From the NCBI GenBank assembly GCA_000708835.1, contig DF236997.1:1-64000 (forward strand): a stretch of DNA of 64,000 nt. The letters are read 5' to 3'. The DNA comes from Klebsormidium nitens (Eukaryota > Plantae > Klebsormidiophyceae). Positions 23,297 to 36,397 of the stretch are shown piece by piece (position 1 is the first letter of the stretch; the number at the start of each line of letters is the position of its first letter). The position numbers and the translations under genes are program-made. The notes under the pieces are model-generated. The model ran no database searches. It saw nothing but the letters and a program-made list of their open reading frames with translations, and was not told the origin of the DNA.

Positions 23297-24850
23297 GATG
23301 GAGCCCATCAAAAGTAGCTGATTTGAATGTGTATAATCATACCCCGATAGACATACATCCGTGACACGAGTGAAGGACTCTGGCCAGAGACGCAAGCGAC
23401 TTAACACGAACCGACTTTACAAACAGGAGTTACACTTACTGTGTTTGAAATAAGGTGCTCATTGCTACATTTGGAAGGTAAAAAATTGAGTTTCCAATCA
23501 CTTCAAGGCCAATCAAAGTTAAGCTGCATACTGCCATCTTTTTGATTTGAGGTATCGCATCTCTAGATTAGGCTTAATTTAAGGGTCACTGTACCTCAAT
23601 CACCAACTTGTCGGGCTTGGAATGTTATGTCAAAGGTCGCTGTTCGTTACTATCATTGAATCGGGGCAACCTTAGCGACCGCACCAGTTGGCCTAGCCAT
23701 GTTCGTCAAGGACCATGTTGAATACAGAGTATCAAGGCCATGTTCGTCCACCACAGCTCATGGATTGAGTCGATGATACTTTCATTTCGGCATCATTGAG
23801 GCCGTCCATTATTGCTCGCGTCTCATGGTTGTCTCCTCACAGCGTTTCGAAGAAATTGTGATCGCACATGTACAGTTAGCGCCTAAGGCCGGATGCACTA
23901 TAGAGCGGCCGCTGCATATTCGCACTAGTCCACAAGCACTTTGATCAGTTCACAAAGCAGGCGCTACACAGAGCGAATTTAGAGGCGGCCAATCCGCAAT
24001 ACTTCACATAATCACCAGTGCAGATATGTTGTTATTCTGTGTTGATCATGCGTACGCGCATAGTCTGTGTAATGCTAAACTGGACACTAGGTACGTAGCA
24101 CCACATGTAAGTCAAGCGCCTCTGCACCATGCCGATGACCTACTTGAGCATGCACACCATGCACTTCAATGACATGGCTCAATCTGCCCATGTGCGGATG
24201 TGATGCTACTGCACAAGAACGAAATAAAAACGCCAGATCTGAGGTCACGACTCCTGCATCTTCTCTCCAAGAGGGCTCCCTGACCGGACCTGACGGTCCA
24301 AGATCATCCATGGAGAGCAAAAAACCTAGATGGCCCGCTCATGTTGTTTGTCGGAAGATAGTATACATGACGGATCTGACACAGTCCATGATGTGGATTA
24401 GTAACTCCTTCAGACATCAGATCACCTGAGGCGTTGATTGGGTCCATCCACGGCAACACGTGCTGCTGTTGTCACTTGAGATTGCGGGCCAGACGCCAAT
24501 CCAGGACGGGCGAACCAGGGCCTGCAAGAAGCGTAGGCCGAGGTATCAGCACGCACACCGTGGTCGGTAAGTAGCATGTCGCAACGATCCCACAGCTGAC
24601 GTCTCCGGTCGCTGGCTAGACACGAATTGAAGAGCTATGTTGGGACAATATCTCACCAAGCAGCCAACCTCGACGAGCAAAACCTGATGATGGTAAGTCG
24701 TCATTGCGAGAGAGATTGTGCTCATGTGGAGTGCTTCAAAGAGCGCGTTTTTTATACGTTTAGCGGAGCGGGCCCGCCATGCCTGACCTGCGGTTGGTGC
24801 GCCAGGCAGGCCGAGGGGGGCAGGCCCGCGCAGGGGGGGGGGCGAGGGGG

Positions 24851-27800
24851 TCAGTGGCGGTAGGCCCGCCAGAGCAGGGTGCTCGCCACCAGGACCCCGG
24901 CCAGCAGCACCAGCTGCACACACGCGAGCGGGCAGTCAGGCCACACGCGCGAGAAAGCAGGCACGCAGCCGCGGGCCCGACCTTCAGGGCAGAGGGCGCA
25001 GTCGCGTTCCGCTAGGGTAGCCAGCGCAAGGGGAGGGGCTCACCCGGCCTTCAGGAGCGGAGGGGGAGAGGAGGCGGCGCCAGAAAGGGGGCCGCGGCAT
25101 GAGCACGACGGCGGTGTACTGCGTTGAGGCGGGGAAGGGCAGCACGCGCCGCAGCGCGGCCAGCAGCGTTCCCGGGGACACCGCGGCCAGCACCTCCGCC
25201 CGGATGGCCTCCGTCGTCTGCAGCAACGTGGCACGGCGGTCAGGGCCGCCCCCGAAGATACAACGGAGGGGCCCCAAAGATTGCAGCACCTGGCAGCCTA
25301 AGGGGTTTAGCAGTGATACAACGAGGGGCCAGGGCAAACGGGCAAGGGGGCCAAGCAGCGGCAACAGACAGAGCCGTGCCGCGAGAGGCCCACGCGGTCG
25401 CAAGGGTGACAGTTGCCAGAGCACGTGACGGCGGGGCAGGGGCGGACCTCGTGCGCGGCGTCAAGGTCCCCGGTGTAGAAACGGGTCTGGTACGCGCGCA
25501 GCACGAAGTCCCGGTGGCTCGCGTTCTCCTGTACGCACACATAGGCACAACGTCATTTCCCAAGCGACCAGGGTGCGCACGCAGCAGCACACGGTGCGGC
25601 CACGGGGGCGCCAGCCGCAAGCCTGAGCAGGACGAGACGTGGACCCTCAGCAAGGCGAGCAGCTGCGCATGGCAGCGCACCGCTGTGCACCGGGCGTGCC
25701 TGCCCCATGCGCAGCATGTGCGGTGGGTTGCAGGGGTCACCTGCAGGCTGAGCTCGTGCGCGCGCTTTTCGAGCTCGAGCAGCGTGGCGCAGTCGTCCGC
25801 GGAGGGCCCCTCCTCCTGCAGGCGGGCCACCTCCGCCAGCGCCAGGTCCACCTGCACCCAAGCGCACCGCATACGCACCCGCTCAGCCGCCCGCCTGCAC
25901 CCCGCCGCCCACACTGCACGGCACCCACGAGAGCACGGCCTGGCCAAGCTTGCTGGCAGAATGAGGTGGGGCTGCTGACCAGGGTCCACGCGGCGTCCGG
26001 GTCGCACGAGAAGCTGACGGCCAGGTCTCCACGCAGGCCCCCCGAGCGCGACGGCCGCGAGCCGCCCAGGTACGGCGACACGGACACCGTGTAGATCTGC
26101 ACCGCAGCGCCCGAATACTCTTTAGGGGGCTACCGGTGAGAGGTAGGGGGTTTCAGGGGCATGCCGGGCCGGCGCCGGTGAGGCAAAGAGGCAGGGGCAA
26201 AAGCGACCGTACAGCAGTACAAGACAATCCGTGCATACTATCTCACAGGCGAGTCCGTAAGGTCCCAGGGGGGAGGGCGGGGGCGGCACCTGGCCGTGCT
26301 TGAAGCGGAGGACGCGCATGATGGCCTGCTCCAGGAGCATGGCCGCGAACATGGTCCAGTGCACCTCGTGGCTGACGGCCGCCCCGTCCAGCACCACCGG
26401 GAACGTGATCTGGCACGTGCTCTGGGCAGCCGTCATCACCTGCGGCACCTCCTCCCTGCACCGGGCCAGCCACGCGTGAGCCGTAGCAAGAGACACGCCT
26501 CGAATGGTGAATCCTGATGAATATTCATACCTGAGCCATCGAACTCATAGTGGCCTACATATTGAACCTAAACGGATCAAAGAGGGATTGAAGAGGCCCT
26601 GACAAGGAAGAGTGTTCAATTTCAGGCTGGATCAGTGAAGAGCCACTTCCAATGAATGTTTTGTAGACGCCGGATCCGTCATAACGGCGATACCAAACAA
26701 CCATCGTTGCCACCACTCGATGTCCAGACCAGCGTATGTTTGAATGGACTCTTCATGCTATGCCAAGAAGCGGGCGGCCCTGTCCACGGGGGCTGAGCAC
26801 CGGCGAGGGCAAGCGGGGCGCGGGGCACCTGATGACGCCCTCGGGGAAGTTGAAGGGCAGCTGCGTCAGAGTGTCGCGCTCAAAGCGGGGCGGGGGAGGC
26901 GACGGCTCGGGGATGCCGCCCTGCAGCCACGCACAGGGGGGAACCCGTGAGGCGGGGGCAGGAGGGCACTCCGGACAAGCTGGCATCAAGACGGACCCTC
27001 CGGCACCGACGTGTGTACGTCATGGCTGCGCAGCCATGCGAGGCAGGCCGTGCGCTGGGCTTAGGATGCGCTGCGGCTCACCAGGTACTGCAGCACGAGG
27101 GGCAGGGCGGCCTCCTCGTCGAGGGTGCCCACCAGCACGAACTGCACGCGCACGCACCGGAATCAGGCACACCCACACACGAGGAACGTTCACCCGCTTG
27201 TGGCAATGCAGGTCCCGCAGAGACAGACAGCGCGCGCAATCCACGAGCCCCAGTGCTGCCCGCATGTAGTACGCAGCACGGCTGTGGCGATGTGCAAGCA
27301 AATCTCCCTGCTCCCCAACTGGGTGGCAGCGGTTTACCGTGAAGGAGGCGGGGTCCTGGAAGGCGGCGGTGTAGGCCAGGCACGCCTTCACCGGGTCCAC
27401 CGCGTCGATGTCCGCATCAGTCATGGGCCTGCACGCGCGCCACTCCCACCGTCAACCACCCGGCCCGCCAGGCGCCTGCCACGACAGGTAGCATAACCAG
27501 GATGCCAGGAGGGTGCACACTCAGAATACGCTTTAAAGGACTGACGGGGGGGCTCACCTGAAGAAGTAGGAGTCTCCGTAGTTGAGCGCGCGCACCTTGT
27601 TGGAGAAGGCCGTGAACGGGTCACGCAGCTGCGCCTTCACCTGGCCACCACACAAGGAGACGGCTCGGAGTCAGCCTCACCCCAACACCTAGCGGTCTGA
27701 CCAATTGAGGCCGGCACGAGCCGGACCTTCGCATTGCTCTCCTTGTCGCACTTGCCAGCACTTGCTGCGTAATCTGGCAGAGAGGGCAGTGCGGCTCACC

Positions 27801-30800
27801 GCCTCGCGCGTCATGCGCATGACGGTGTCCAGCTCGTCGGGGTGGGTGGGCCGCGGCGCGGTGACGAAGAGCTGGTACACCAGCTGCAGCGCGGCCTCCA
27901 GGTCCGCGGGAGAGGCCTCCCCGGCCACGCCGCGCTGGTACGCCGACACGCTCTGCCCCACCTCCGCGCGCACGCCCGCCAGCAGCTCCATCAGCGCCAC
28001 CGGCTGCACGGGCCGCACATTCACACTTGATGTACGGTTGTGAAAACGCGCTCAGCGGGAGGCAAAAGGGAGAAGAGGGCAGTGGGCCAGTGCCTGAGCA
28101 AGGGCCCCAGAGCGCGGTGGTTGGAGCGCGGGGCGGCCTTACCTTGACGCCGTAGACCCCGAGCTCCCCGGCGATGGTGGCGGCCATGCTGACGGAGTGG
28201 TAGTCCTTGGGGGGGATCTCCGACAGGCCGCCATACGCAAAGCCCCTGGCAGGAAAACAAAAGCGGAAACCCGTCAGGCACACGCGGCAGACGCAGTCAG
28301 AACGAAGGAGAAAGAAGATGACATCTGTACGCAGCGATCTTAAAATCGGTTGCCCTGGTCTTCCCACGTCAGCTCTCATCGGCAGGCCACATGCTTCCTT
28401 GCGCTGCCGGCAGGTGGTGGCTGACCCGATGAGGACCTGGTCGTCCCGCAGATCCGTCTTCTTGAGGAACACGCGCATCCCGTTGCTCAGCGTCAACTCC
28501 GTGCCGCCCAGCTTGGGGTACTCCCGCCGCGATGTCACGGACCTGCGCAGCGAGAAAGAGAGGCAGCGGTTACTGGCAGTCCGCCACTGCTCTCAGGGAG
28601 ACCTCAGTGCTCAAAACATTCCGTAAGGTAGCCACGGGCTGTGCTCCTAAGAGGCCGCCGTGCAAAAACGCGTTTTCTCGACGTGCTTATGCCACGGCCC
28701 CGCCAGGTCCCATTCGGAGCACGCGTGCACAGTGGCGGTCCGCAGGGCGCTCACCCCGGGGTGGGGGGCACGCTGACGAGTGACTCGGGGCGGTCCCCGT
28801 CGTCCCAGGGGCCGATCGCCCCGCCCTCTTCCGCGGCCTCCACCTCCGCCACCACCGCGCGCACCGCGGCTTCCGACGTACGCGCACGGTGCTCCACCTG
28901 CGCGCACCCGCCACGGACGTCAGGACAGCACACGCCGAGGGCGGTTCAACAAAGCGTGGCCAGATTTCGAGCATCGACTGACGGACCCGGGAACGTACGT
29001 CTGTGCACACAGTCGCGCTCCTCTACCGATTCTTGGCGAACGTCCTGCTCCCAATGCTCCTTGTGGAACAGCTAAAGACTCTTCAAAAAGCCAGACATCC
29101 TACATGTACCCAGCAAGCTTGGCAATAAACACATCCCAATCTGCATCAAGCAAAGCTTCGGCCAGACTTCGAGCATCGCGCGGTGGTCGCGGTGGAGGAA
29201 ACCTCATTTCGAGGTTCCAGAATGACAAGGCCTTTCTAAGCGTGCGCATGAAGGACAGGCACCAGCGTGACAGCATCGGTGGGGGGCACCACCTTGCACA
29301 ACACAAAGATTTGCCCAGACTAGGTGGTCCGCAAAGGTCCACTTCAAATACTTTCTCTCACGCGGATCCCCGGAGAGGCACGTGCTGCTTGGCCTGCTTG
29401 CGTGCTCACCGTTTTGATGACGCAGCTGTTGTGGGTGCGGTATGCGTGCGCCACGGCCTGCATGTCCTCTGCGGTGATAAGCGGCAGCAGCGTCTTGGCC
29501 AGCCGCGCCTCGTACACGATCCCGGGCACCGGCTCCCCCGTCAAGTAGTGCTGCACCGTGCACACTGCCGCGTCAACACGAAGCGGGCGCCACTGGACTA
29601 TCACAGATGGGGGTGACCAGGAAACCGTTCTTTGGGCCGCATCTCCACGCTGACTGGGGTCGGTCGAGGGCCCAGGGCAGTCCTGACCTCCCGACAGGGG
29701 GGTGCCTCGACCCTTCCCTTAGCCTGGTTCCTGACCGGCGACAGCGTGGCCCCGATTTGCATTGAAGTAGCAATCGCTGTGCGCGTGTGTGCTGACCTGG
29801 ACGTACTCTGCCCGGAGGCCGTCGGAGAGCGCCTGGTCGCGCTCGATGTAGGCTCGCTCCATGTCCGCCAGGTACAGCCGCCGCACCACCGCCACCTCGC
29901 GCGCGCTGAACCCGTGTACACGGATGCGCGCCAGCTGGACAAGCATGCCCAGTCAGGCATCAGGGGCAGGGCGCGGAACGCCATTGCAGATGATTAGTAG
30001 GCCAACTACGAAAAACAGCTCGAGAGTGGCAAGATTTCGATATTGAAGATCCTTCTCGTGAGGTTCGAGATTGGCCCAGAAGGGCGGTCACGGCAGGGCC
30101 TCACCTCGGTGAGCATGGCTCGCAGGGCGGGGAGCGTGCCCCCCTCCTGGCAGGACGCCGAGATAGTGACCGACTGGACGACGCCAGCCACGCACAGTCA
30201 GCGCACACAAGCAGGCACCCCGAGAGAAGGCATTAAGGGGCTCGGAGACACACCCAAGGAGCAGCGGTGTCAAGAGGGGCCTTGCTTGCACACACGGCGG
30301 CTAGCGCCACCCCAGGAGGGAGACAGCGGCAAGGGGCGGAAGTGGGCGGAAGCCGGAGGAGGCAGGCCTCACCTCTATCGTCCTCGCAATGGTCTGGCCG
30401 CCAGACTCACACGAGTAGAAAGGAGGCGTGTTCTGCAGGCAGGCGGCGATTTCATACAGTCAAAACCGATCCTGTTGTGACAGCAAGCCACTCGAAAGAG
30501 CCGAATGGCGGGTTCAACAACAAAACATGTGGTGAGTTCCTTGGTCGAGGCGCTGTGCGCATGGCCTGACCTGCCTGGAGATCTTGAACAGCCGCTGGTT
30601 GATGGCCATGTGCGCCATCTCGTGCGCCAGGAACGCCTGGTACTGCGCCACTGTGTCAATGCGCTGCTCCGGCAACTTGCAGCTCACCAACACGGCGGAC
30701 TGCACGGCCACGCCAGCACAGCATGCGGGACTCAGCAAGCGGCCATCGAGAGAGACTGTTAGCAACGCAGATGCCAGGGAGTGTCTGTCAGCCCTCTTCC

Positions 30801-32845
30801 TCGATGCATATACGACCAGAAAATTGCTGAAAGAACACGTTGAAAGCACACAGCAAACGATTACCAACCAGGCTTCCTGTCGGCAAAGGAGGAGAATCAA
30901 CAAGCGGGTCACAAGCCGTTTTGAGTACGGACTCACCGAAGTGGATTCGGAGTCTGCAAACGTCGACACTCGGAGCTCGGAGTGGGGGGTGAAGCCGAAC
31001 TTGGGGATGGAAGGGTGGCTCTGCCCCGGCGGTGGAGGAAACGCGGCTTTCTCGCCGAAGTGCTCCTCAATCAGTTGAACAACGCCCTGCACAGCAGTCG
31101 AAAGTTCGAAGTTTCGGGCCCTCCTTATACAACTTGACGGGGGACAAAGCGCCTAACAGATTTGTCTCCCTATCAGCGTGCAGCCCCCAAGCAGCGGATT
31201 GGCGTCTCTGGGTGCGGCCTCACCTGGACGTCCTCGAAGTCGCCCACCGCCACCACTGCCATGTGCTCCGGGCGGTACCAACGGCGGTAAAACGCTTGCA
31301 AAACAGCCGCAGGCACGCTCTTGATGATGTGCTCCGTCCCAATGGGGAGCCGCTCTGCGTACTGCACCACCAGGCAGCACGCCAGTTACGAATCCCTCAT
31401 TTGCGCAGCCATGTGTCACTGATGTCGTTAGCTGGGCGGCAGGAACCCAAGGGCAACCCCCGTCATTTCCTAAAAGAAGCTGCTGTTGGATGGCATGCTA
31501 AACGAGGGAGGGCTGTGGCTCTAGGCACGGGCGTGCGCAGGCGGGGCCTCACCCTGGAGCCTTTGGTGAGGAGCGCCCAGTAGGCCTCCTGCATGCGGCC
31601 CGTGGCGTCGCGGTGCTGGCGCCACTCCTCCAGCACCACCCCGCGCTCCTTGGCAAGGTCCGCCTCCGAGATGCGGATCTGAAGAACAAACACGCCAACA
31701 GGCTCCTCGTTAGCATGTCAGCAGATCCTGCCTCCTGCTCATCACTTGGAGATGCACTGGAAGAGAGGCCCCCGGTATACAGGACACAAGATGGGGAGAC
31801 AGAGTCTGGGTTTGATGGCTTTACCTCCACGGAGAACTCCGCCAACACGGAGAGGGCTTTTGAGAGTAGGCCCGGCTTGTCAATGGGTATGAACAGCTCA
31901 AAAACTGTCTCGTCTGCGCTGGTGTAGGCGTTCTGAAAGGAGAGTAAAAGGAGGATACAGAAGTGAACCGTTCCGCATCTTGCCAAGCAGGGGGCACAGC
32001 GGCAGCTGAGACACACCCTCCTGAGGGAAGTCCGGTTGAGAAGGTACCCCGCAGGGGAAAGAGTTGCTGGCTAGGGCAGGGAAGAGAATGGAGCGATAAA
32101 CATAGGTCAACAGCCTCACAAGCAACAGGGACTGAAATATCCCAGTTCACAGGGAAACTTGCTGACCTGGCAAGCGCCGAATGGGGCACCAATTGTCTCG
32201 AGGAACTTGACGATGTCATGGTTGCTATAGTTCTTAGTCGCGTTGAAAGCTAGATGTTCACAGATGTGGGCGCAACCCCGCTCGTTTTCTTCCTCAACAA
32301 CAGACCTGCTCAGTAAAAAGAAGCAGGCTGTTTCACAAGCGAGTCCTTGTTGGTCTTGCCTCAACAATGAGGCGATGAACAATTGCTGTCGGAAACAGCT
32401 TACACACTGGTCACTGCACTTCACCCAAGTAGCACCACCGCCAAACGGCAAAATGATTCCAGAAGTTCATTGACTGAGCTGATTTGAACAGAAAAGTCGA
32501 TCTTCTGCGTCGCTCAGAGCTCCAGGGCAACACACCACCATTCAAAGAATCTAGACACATGTATCATGGGAGGCTGCTGTGTGCGCACGCCTGCGTTGAG
32601 GGTGGGCCCGCTGTCCTTAACAGAAATGCAAGTACCGTGGTGCCTCACCCGATGTTGACCACCAGAGCCAGCGCCGCTCGTTGCGAGGGCCTCCGATTCT
32701 TCTTGACATAGTAGGTTAGCTTGTTGCCAGACAACACCCCATGGGCCAGGCCATCAGCATCAAGGGGCAGCGGCGCAGTGCGCGCCTGCTCACTCTCAAC
32801 GTCCAGCGGCTCCAAGCTCTGGAACGACACTGCGGATGGTGCCAT
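24851..32845 (-). CDS. Zinc protease PqqL-like, peptidase family M16 (many exons)
   Basis: LTYYVKKN, inverted zinc motif ERGCAHICEHLAF, NAYTSADETVFEL, KERGVVLEEWR, YAERLPIG, FYRRWYRPEHMAVVAVGDF. Second half LSNGMRVFLKKTD. C-terminal TM LVLLAGVLVASTLLWRAYRH*. Confidence 0.93.
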
Positions 32846-33389
32846 CTTGTCCAAAAGCCCCTAACAAAATAAAGAAACAACGAAGTTTCTTCACGTGCAT
32901 AGGCACAGAATCAACCACCCTTTTCTAGACCATCCAGTTTCTTACTTGTTTTACATTGAAGTTTGCACCAGCAAATGTGTGATGGGGTGCTGCATGATGA
33001 TGGACAATGGTGGTGGTGGTACAGGGATACAGAAGTCGGGCAATTATGGTGTCAAGCTGGCCAGGCTCTAAAATGAGCAAAAAACCGGCTCCATACCTGC
33101 GAAATAGACTCTCGGTCGACTTTGAAAATGCACGATTTGACACCAAGCTAGGCTGAGTGGCTGCAGTAGAGAAGCTGCTGAGAATGTTTCAAAGGCACGT
33201 TTCTGTCCAGCTTCATTGCATTAGTCCTAGCAAGGCGCAAAAGCGGATCATTCTGGCAGAACTTGAAGACGACGTTCAATTGTCCTCGAACAACTGTAAC
33301 AGTAGCCATTGCAGTGTCGATCGACGAAGAATTGAGGGTGGTGCTATTCTTAAGACTACTTACTTTTGAGCTGCGCTGAAGGGGGCACA

Positions 33390-34881
33390 ATGTCGTCCGC
33401 CAGTGGTCTTGAGCTTAAGCTGCATCCCCTTGTCATTGTGAATGTTTCAGACCACTTCACCCGCATCAAAGCACAGACGCGGGGCAATCACGTGCCCCGC
33501 GTTCTAGGTTGCCTCTTGGGGGTGCAGACAGGGCGCAGCGTGGAGATCTTCAACTCGTTTGAGCTCAAGTACGATGTGCTGGATGACTTGATTGTGCTGG
33601 ACCGCGGCTTTCTGGCGCAGAAGCAGGAGCAGTACAAGAAAGTGTTCCCCAAGTATGACATCCTGGGGTGGTACTCGACGGGCAGCGGGGTGCAGGTGGC
33701 GGACATGCAGGTCCACAAGGCGCTAACCGACATCAACGAAAGCCCGCTGTACCTGCTGCTGGACCCCACCATCCACCATGGCGCCAAGGACCTCCCCATC
33801 ACCATCTTTGAGAGCGAGCTGCACGTCATTGAGGGCGTGCCCACCCCCATCTTTGTCAAGTCAGGATACACTGTGGAGACGGTGGAGGCGGAGCGCATCT
33901 CGGTCGATCATGTCGCACGCATCACGCCGTCTGGAGGCTCATCTGGAGCAACGCAGCGTAAGATGGCTGCATCTTCAATTGCAACCCAGTTCTTACTGCA
34001 ATCAAAGCTGTCGTCAGTACCAACCTCTGGAAGATTGAGTCAGCTTGGCACCAACCGCTGCCTGACATCAGTACACTTTAATAAGGATTGCTCGCATTTT
34101 TGGTTCTTCACCCTATACACATTCTCCCTCCTTGAGTTTGTTATGCTGATGCCGCTCTTGTCCTGCAGTTGCCGCTCATCTGATGGGCTTGCACAGTGCC
34201 ATCAAGATGTTGAGCAGGTGAGCCCTACGTGCTGGCGGCTGTATACGCGCAATGCCCCCTCCTTGCGCGTATCATCCTCGGCCTTGCTCCCTGGATGTCA
34301 ATGGAGTTGTGATGCTCCTCGGAACAAGTGGCCGAGACTCCTCTGACTGGCGCTTCTTCTCGGGGGCTTTGTCTGGTTTGCAGGCGCATCAAGGTTCTGC
34401 ACCACCTGCTGCTGTCCTTCTCCCGTGGCGAGCTGCCCCTCGACCACTCCCTGCTGCGCCAGGTGTCCAGCCTGGTGCGCCGCCTGCCAGCCATTGACTC
34501 TGCGCACTTCCGCGAGGAGTTCCTCACGGAGTACAATGACACGCTGCTCATGACCTACCTCGCAGGTGAGCCGCCACCGCTCTTGCTGGTCATTTCATGA
34601 CCGAGTGTCTTCCAACAAGGTTACGACTTCATCAGGGGCTAACAGCTGATTGTTGCCTAACATTGATCTTGTCTTGGAAATGAATCAGTGGTGAGGTCAG
34701 TAGCGCTTTTGCGTGACAGTGGTGGCATGTTCGTTCAGGCCCTCAGTGAACCCATCTTTGCTCTGCTTTGTTTCCAGGAATCACGAAGGGGACAAGCACG
34801 TTGAATGAGCTGGTGGAGAAGTTCAACATTGCGTATGAACGACATTCACGACGGGGCGGAAGACCAACAGCATTCATGTAA
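33390..34881 (+). CDS. CSN6: COP9 signalosome subunit 6 (MPN- domain), 4 exons
   Basis: LKLHPLVIVNVSDHFTR, LGCLLGVQTGRSVEIFNSFEL, LGWYSTG, ETVEAERISVDHVA, HSAIKMLSRRIKVL, EYNDTLLMTYLA. Confidence 0.95.
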
Positions 34882-36397
34882 TCCCGATGGAGCTTGCTCG
34901 CAACACCAATGTCCGAAGCATGGAAGAGATCAACGATTGAAGGCTCCAGGTAACCAATAAATCAGGTGTCTGGGAGGACAAACGCAGTTTATCAAACGCT
35001 CCCCCAGCAATTCGAACCCTTAGGACAATGAACAAGGGCGAATTCACGTCCAAGACCAAGACTACGAGTGCAAGATGCGACAAAGTATCATAGTGATGTT
35101 CATGTGGTGTCTTTCATGCATCCGGTTGAACATCCAGAACGGCCTTGGATGGGCCTCATTGAGTTTGTAATCAAGCTTTTCCACGGGAATGGAGATGCAG
35201 TAATCTGACCCGGGGATAGCGGGCCACTGCAATGTTCAATACAGAGCATAGAGCTGACTCATCAGGGTGTAAAGCCGTTCGCGCAGTTAAGCGCTGCCGC
35301 CACTGACCATTCTGTGAAAAGCTAGCTTGAATGATCAGCTCACGAGCGTGCCTTTCCTAGCTAGCTCACCGTGATTGAATCGGCCTCGCAACCCATAACT
35401 CCCTTGATTACCGTATATCAGCTAGCATGCATGCTGCGCCTAGTTTAGCGATAGGACGGCTCTAGGTAGGCCACCATCAGCATGACCGGTTACTACAGCA
35501 GTTTGCGTCAAACTTGTCCATATCGCAACCTGATTCGCCGGTATATACGCGAAGTTGAAAGTTGATTCGATTGTCGTGCACGAAGTTGTGAGAAGACGTG
35601 TATATACCGCGGATGGAATTCTGAATCCCTATAAGCCTACTTGTAGCATAGGCTTCGTAGGGGCGCAACCACTTGAAGGCTGACATGCAGGATGACCTAT
35701 GCAGCCATGCATGGCTGCCGCGGGAAAGTGATCACCTTATATGCCGGTGCTTGATGCAATTGTATTTGAAAGTGTCCACGCCCGAATTGAGCCCTCATGC
35801 TTGAACTCGCCGTTTACACAGATTACCTAGCTTTAATTGCGCACCGGCCAAAGCAGAAGTGGGGGTGGCTGCTCAATTTCGCACATGGCAATCGAACTTT
35901 CAAGATCGCGGGATGGCGATTTGCAATCGGCCTTCGAGGAACACTAGGTTCAACGCAACCCGCTGTTATACGGCATCCATGCACGCTCAAGGCGACGAAC
36001 CATACAACGAATCGATCATGACACGACGTCATGGATGCCTCAGTATTTTCTGCTGAGCACTGACGCCCTAATGGGGCCCTGACGCGAATATGCTGTTACT
36101 TTCATGTGATCAATCACACCCGTGACGTTCAGACGCCGCAGCATGGCAGGTGACTTTCAGTTACGCAGTGCAGGACGCAAAAGCATGCATCGATCGATCG
36201 AAAACATCTTTGTAAGACGATTCGAAAGAGTACACGCGGACCTTATCGCGGCTGTGGCCGTAAGACATTTTAACCCCTTCTTTGCTTGGACGCTTCTCTC
36301 TTGAATGCTTCCCATGGCTGATCTCGGGCAGTGAGCTCATGCTAGAGCTCGGACTCTGGACTACTCTGGCTGGCGATGGAGGTACGAGCGTGCGCGG

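Noticed and set aside
23695-23750. Short direct repeat GCCATGTTCGTC / TCAAGG
   Set aside because: Only two short imperfect copies; not CRISPR-like, and no terminal structure.
35701-35718. Perfect 18-bp palindrome GCAGCCATGCATGGCTGC
   Set aside because: Single isolated copy in intergenic DNA with no TSD or repeat context.
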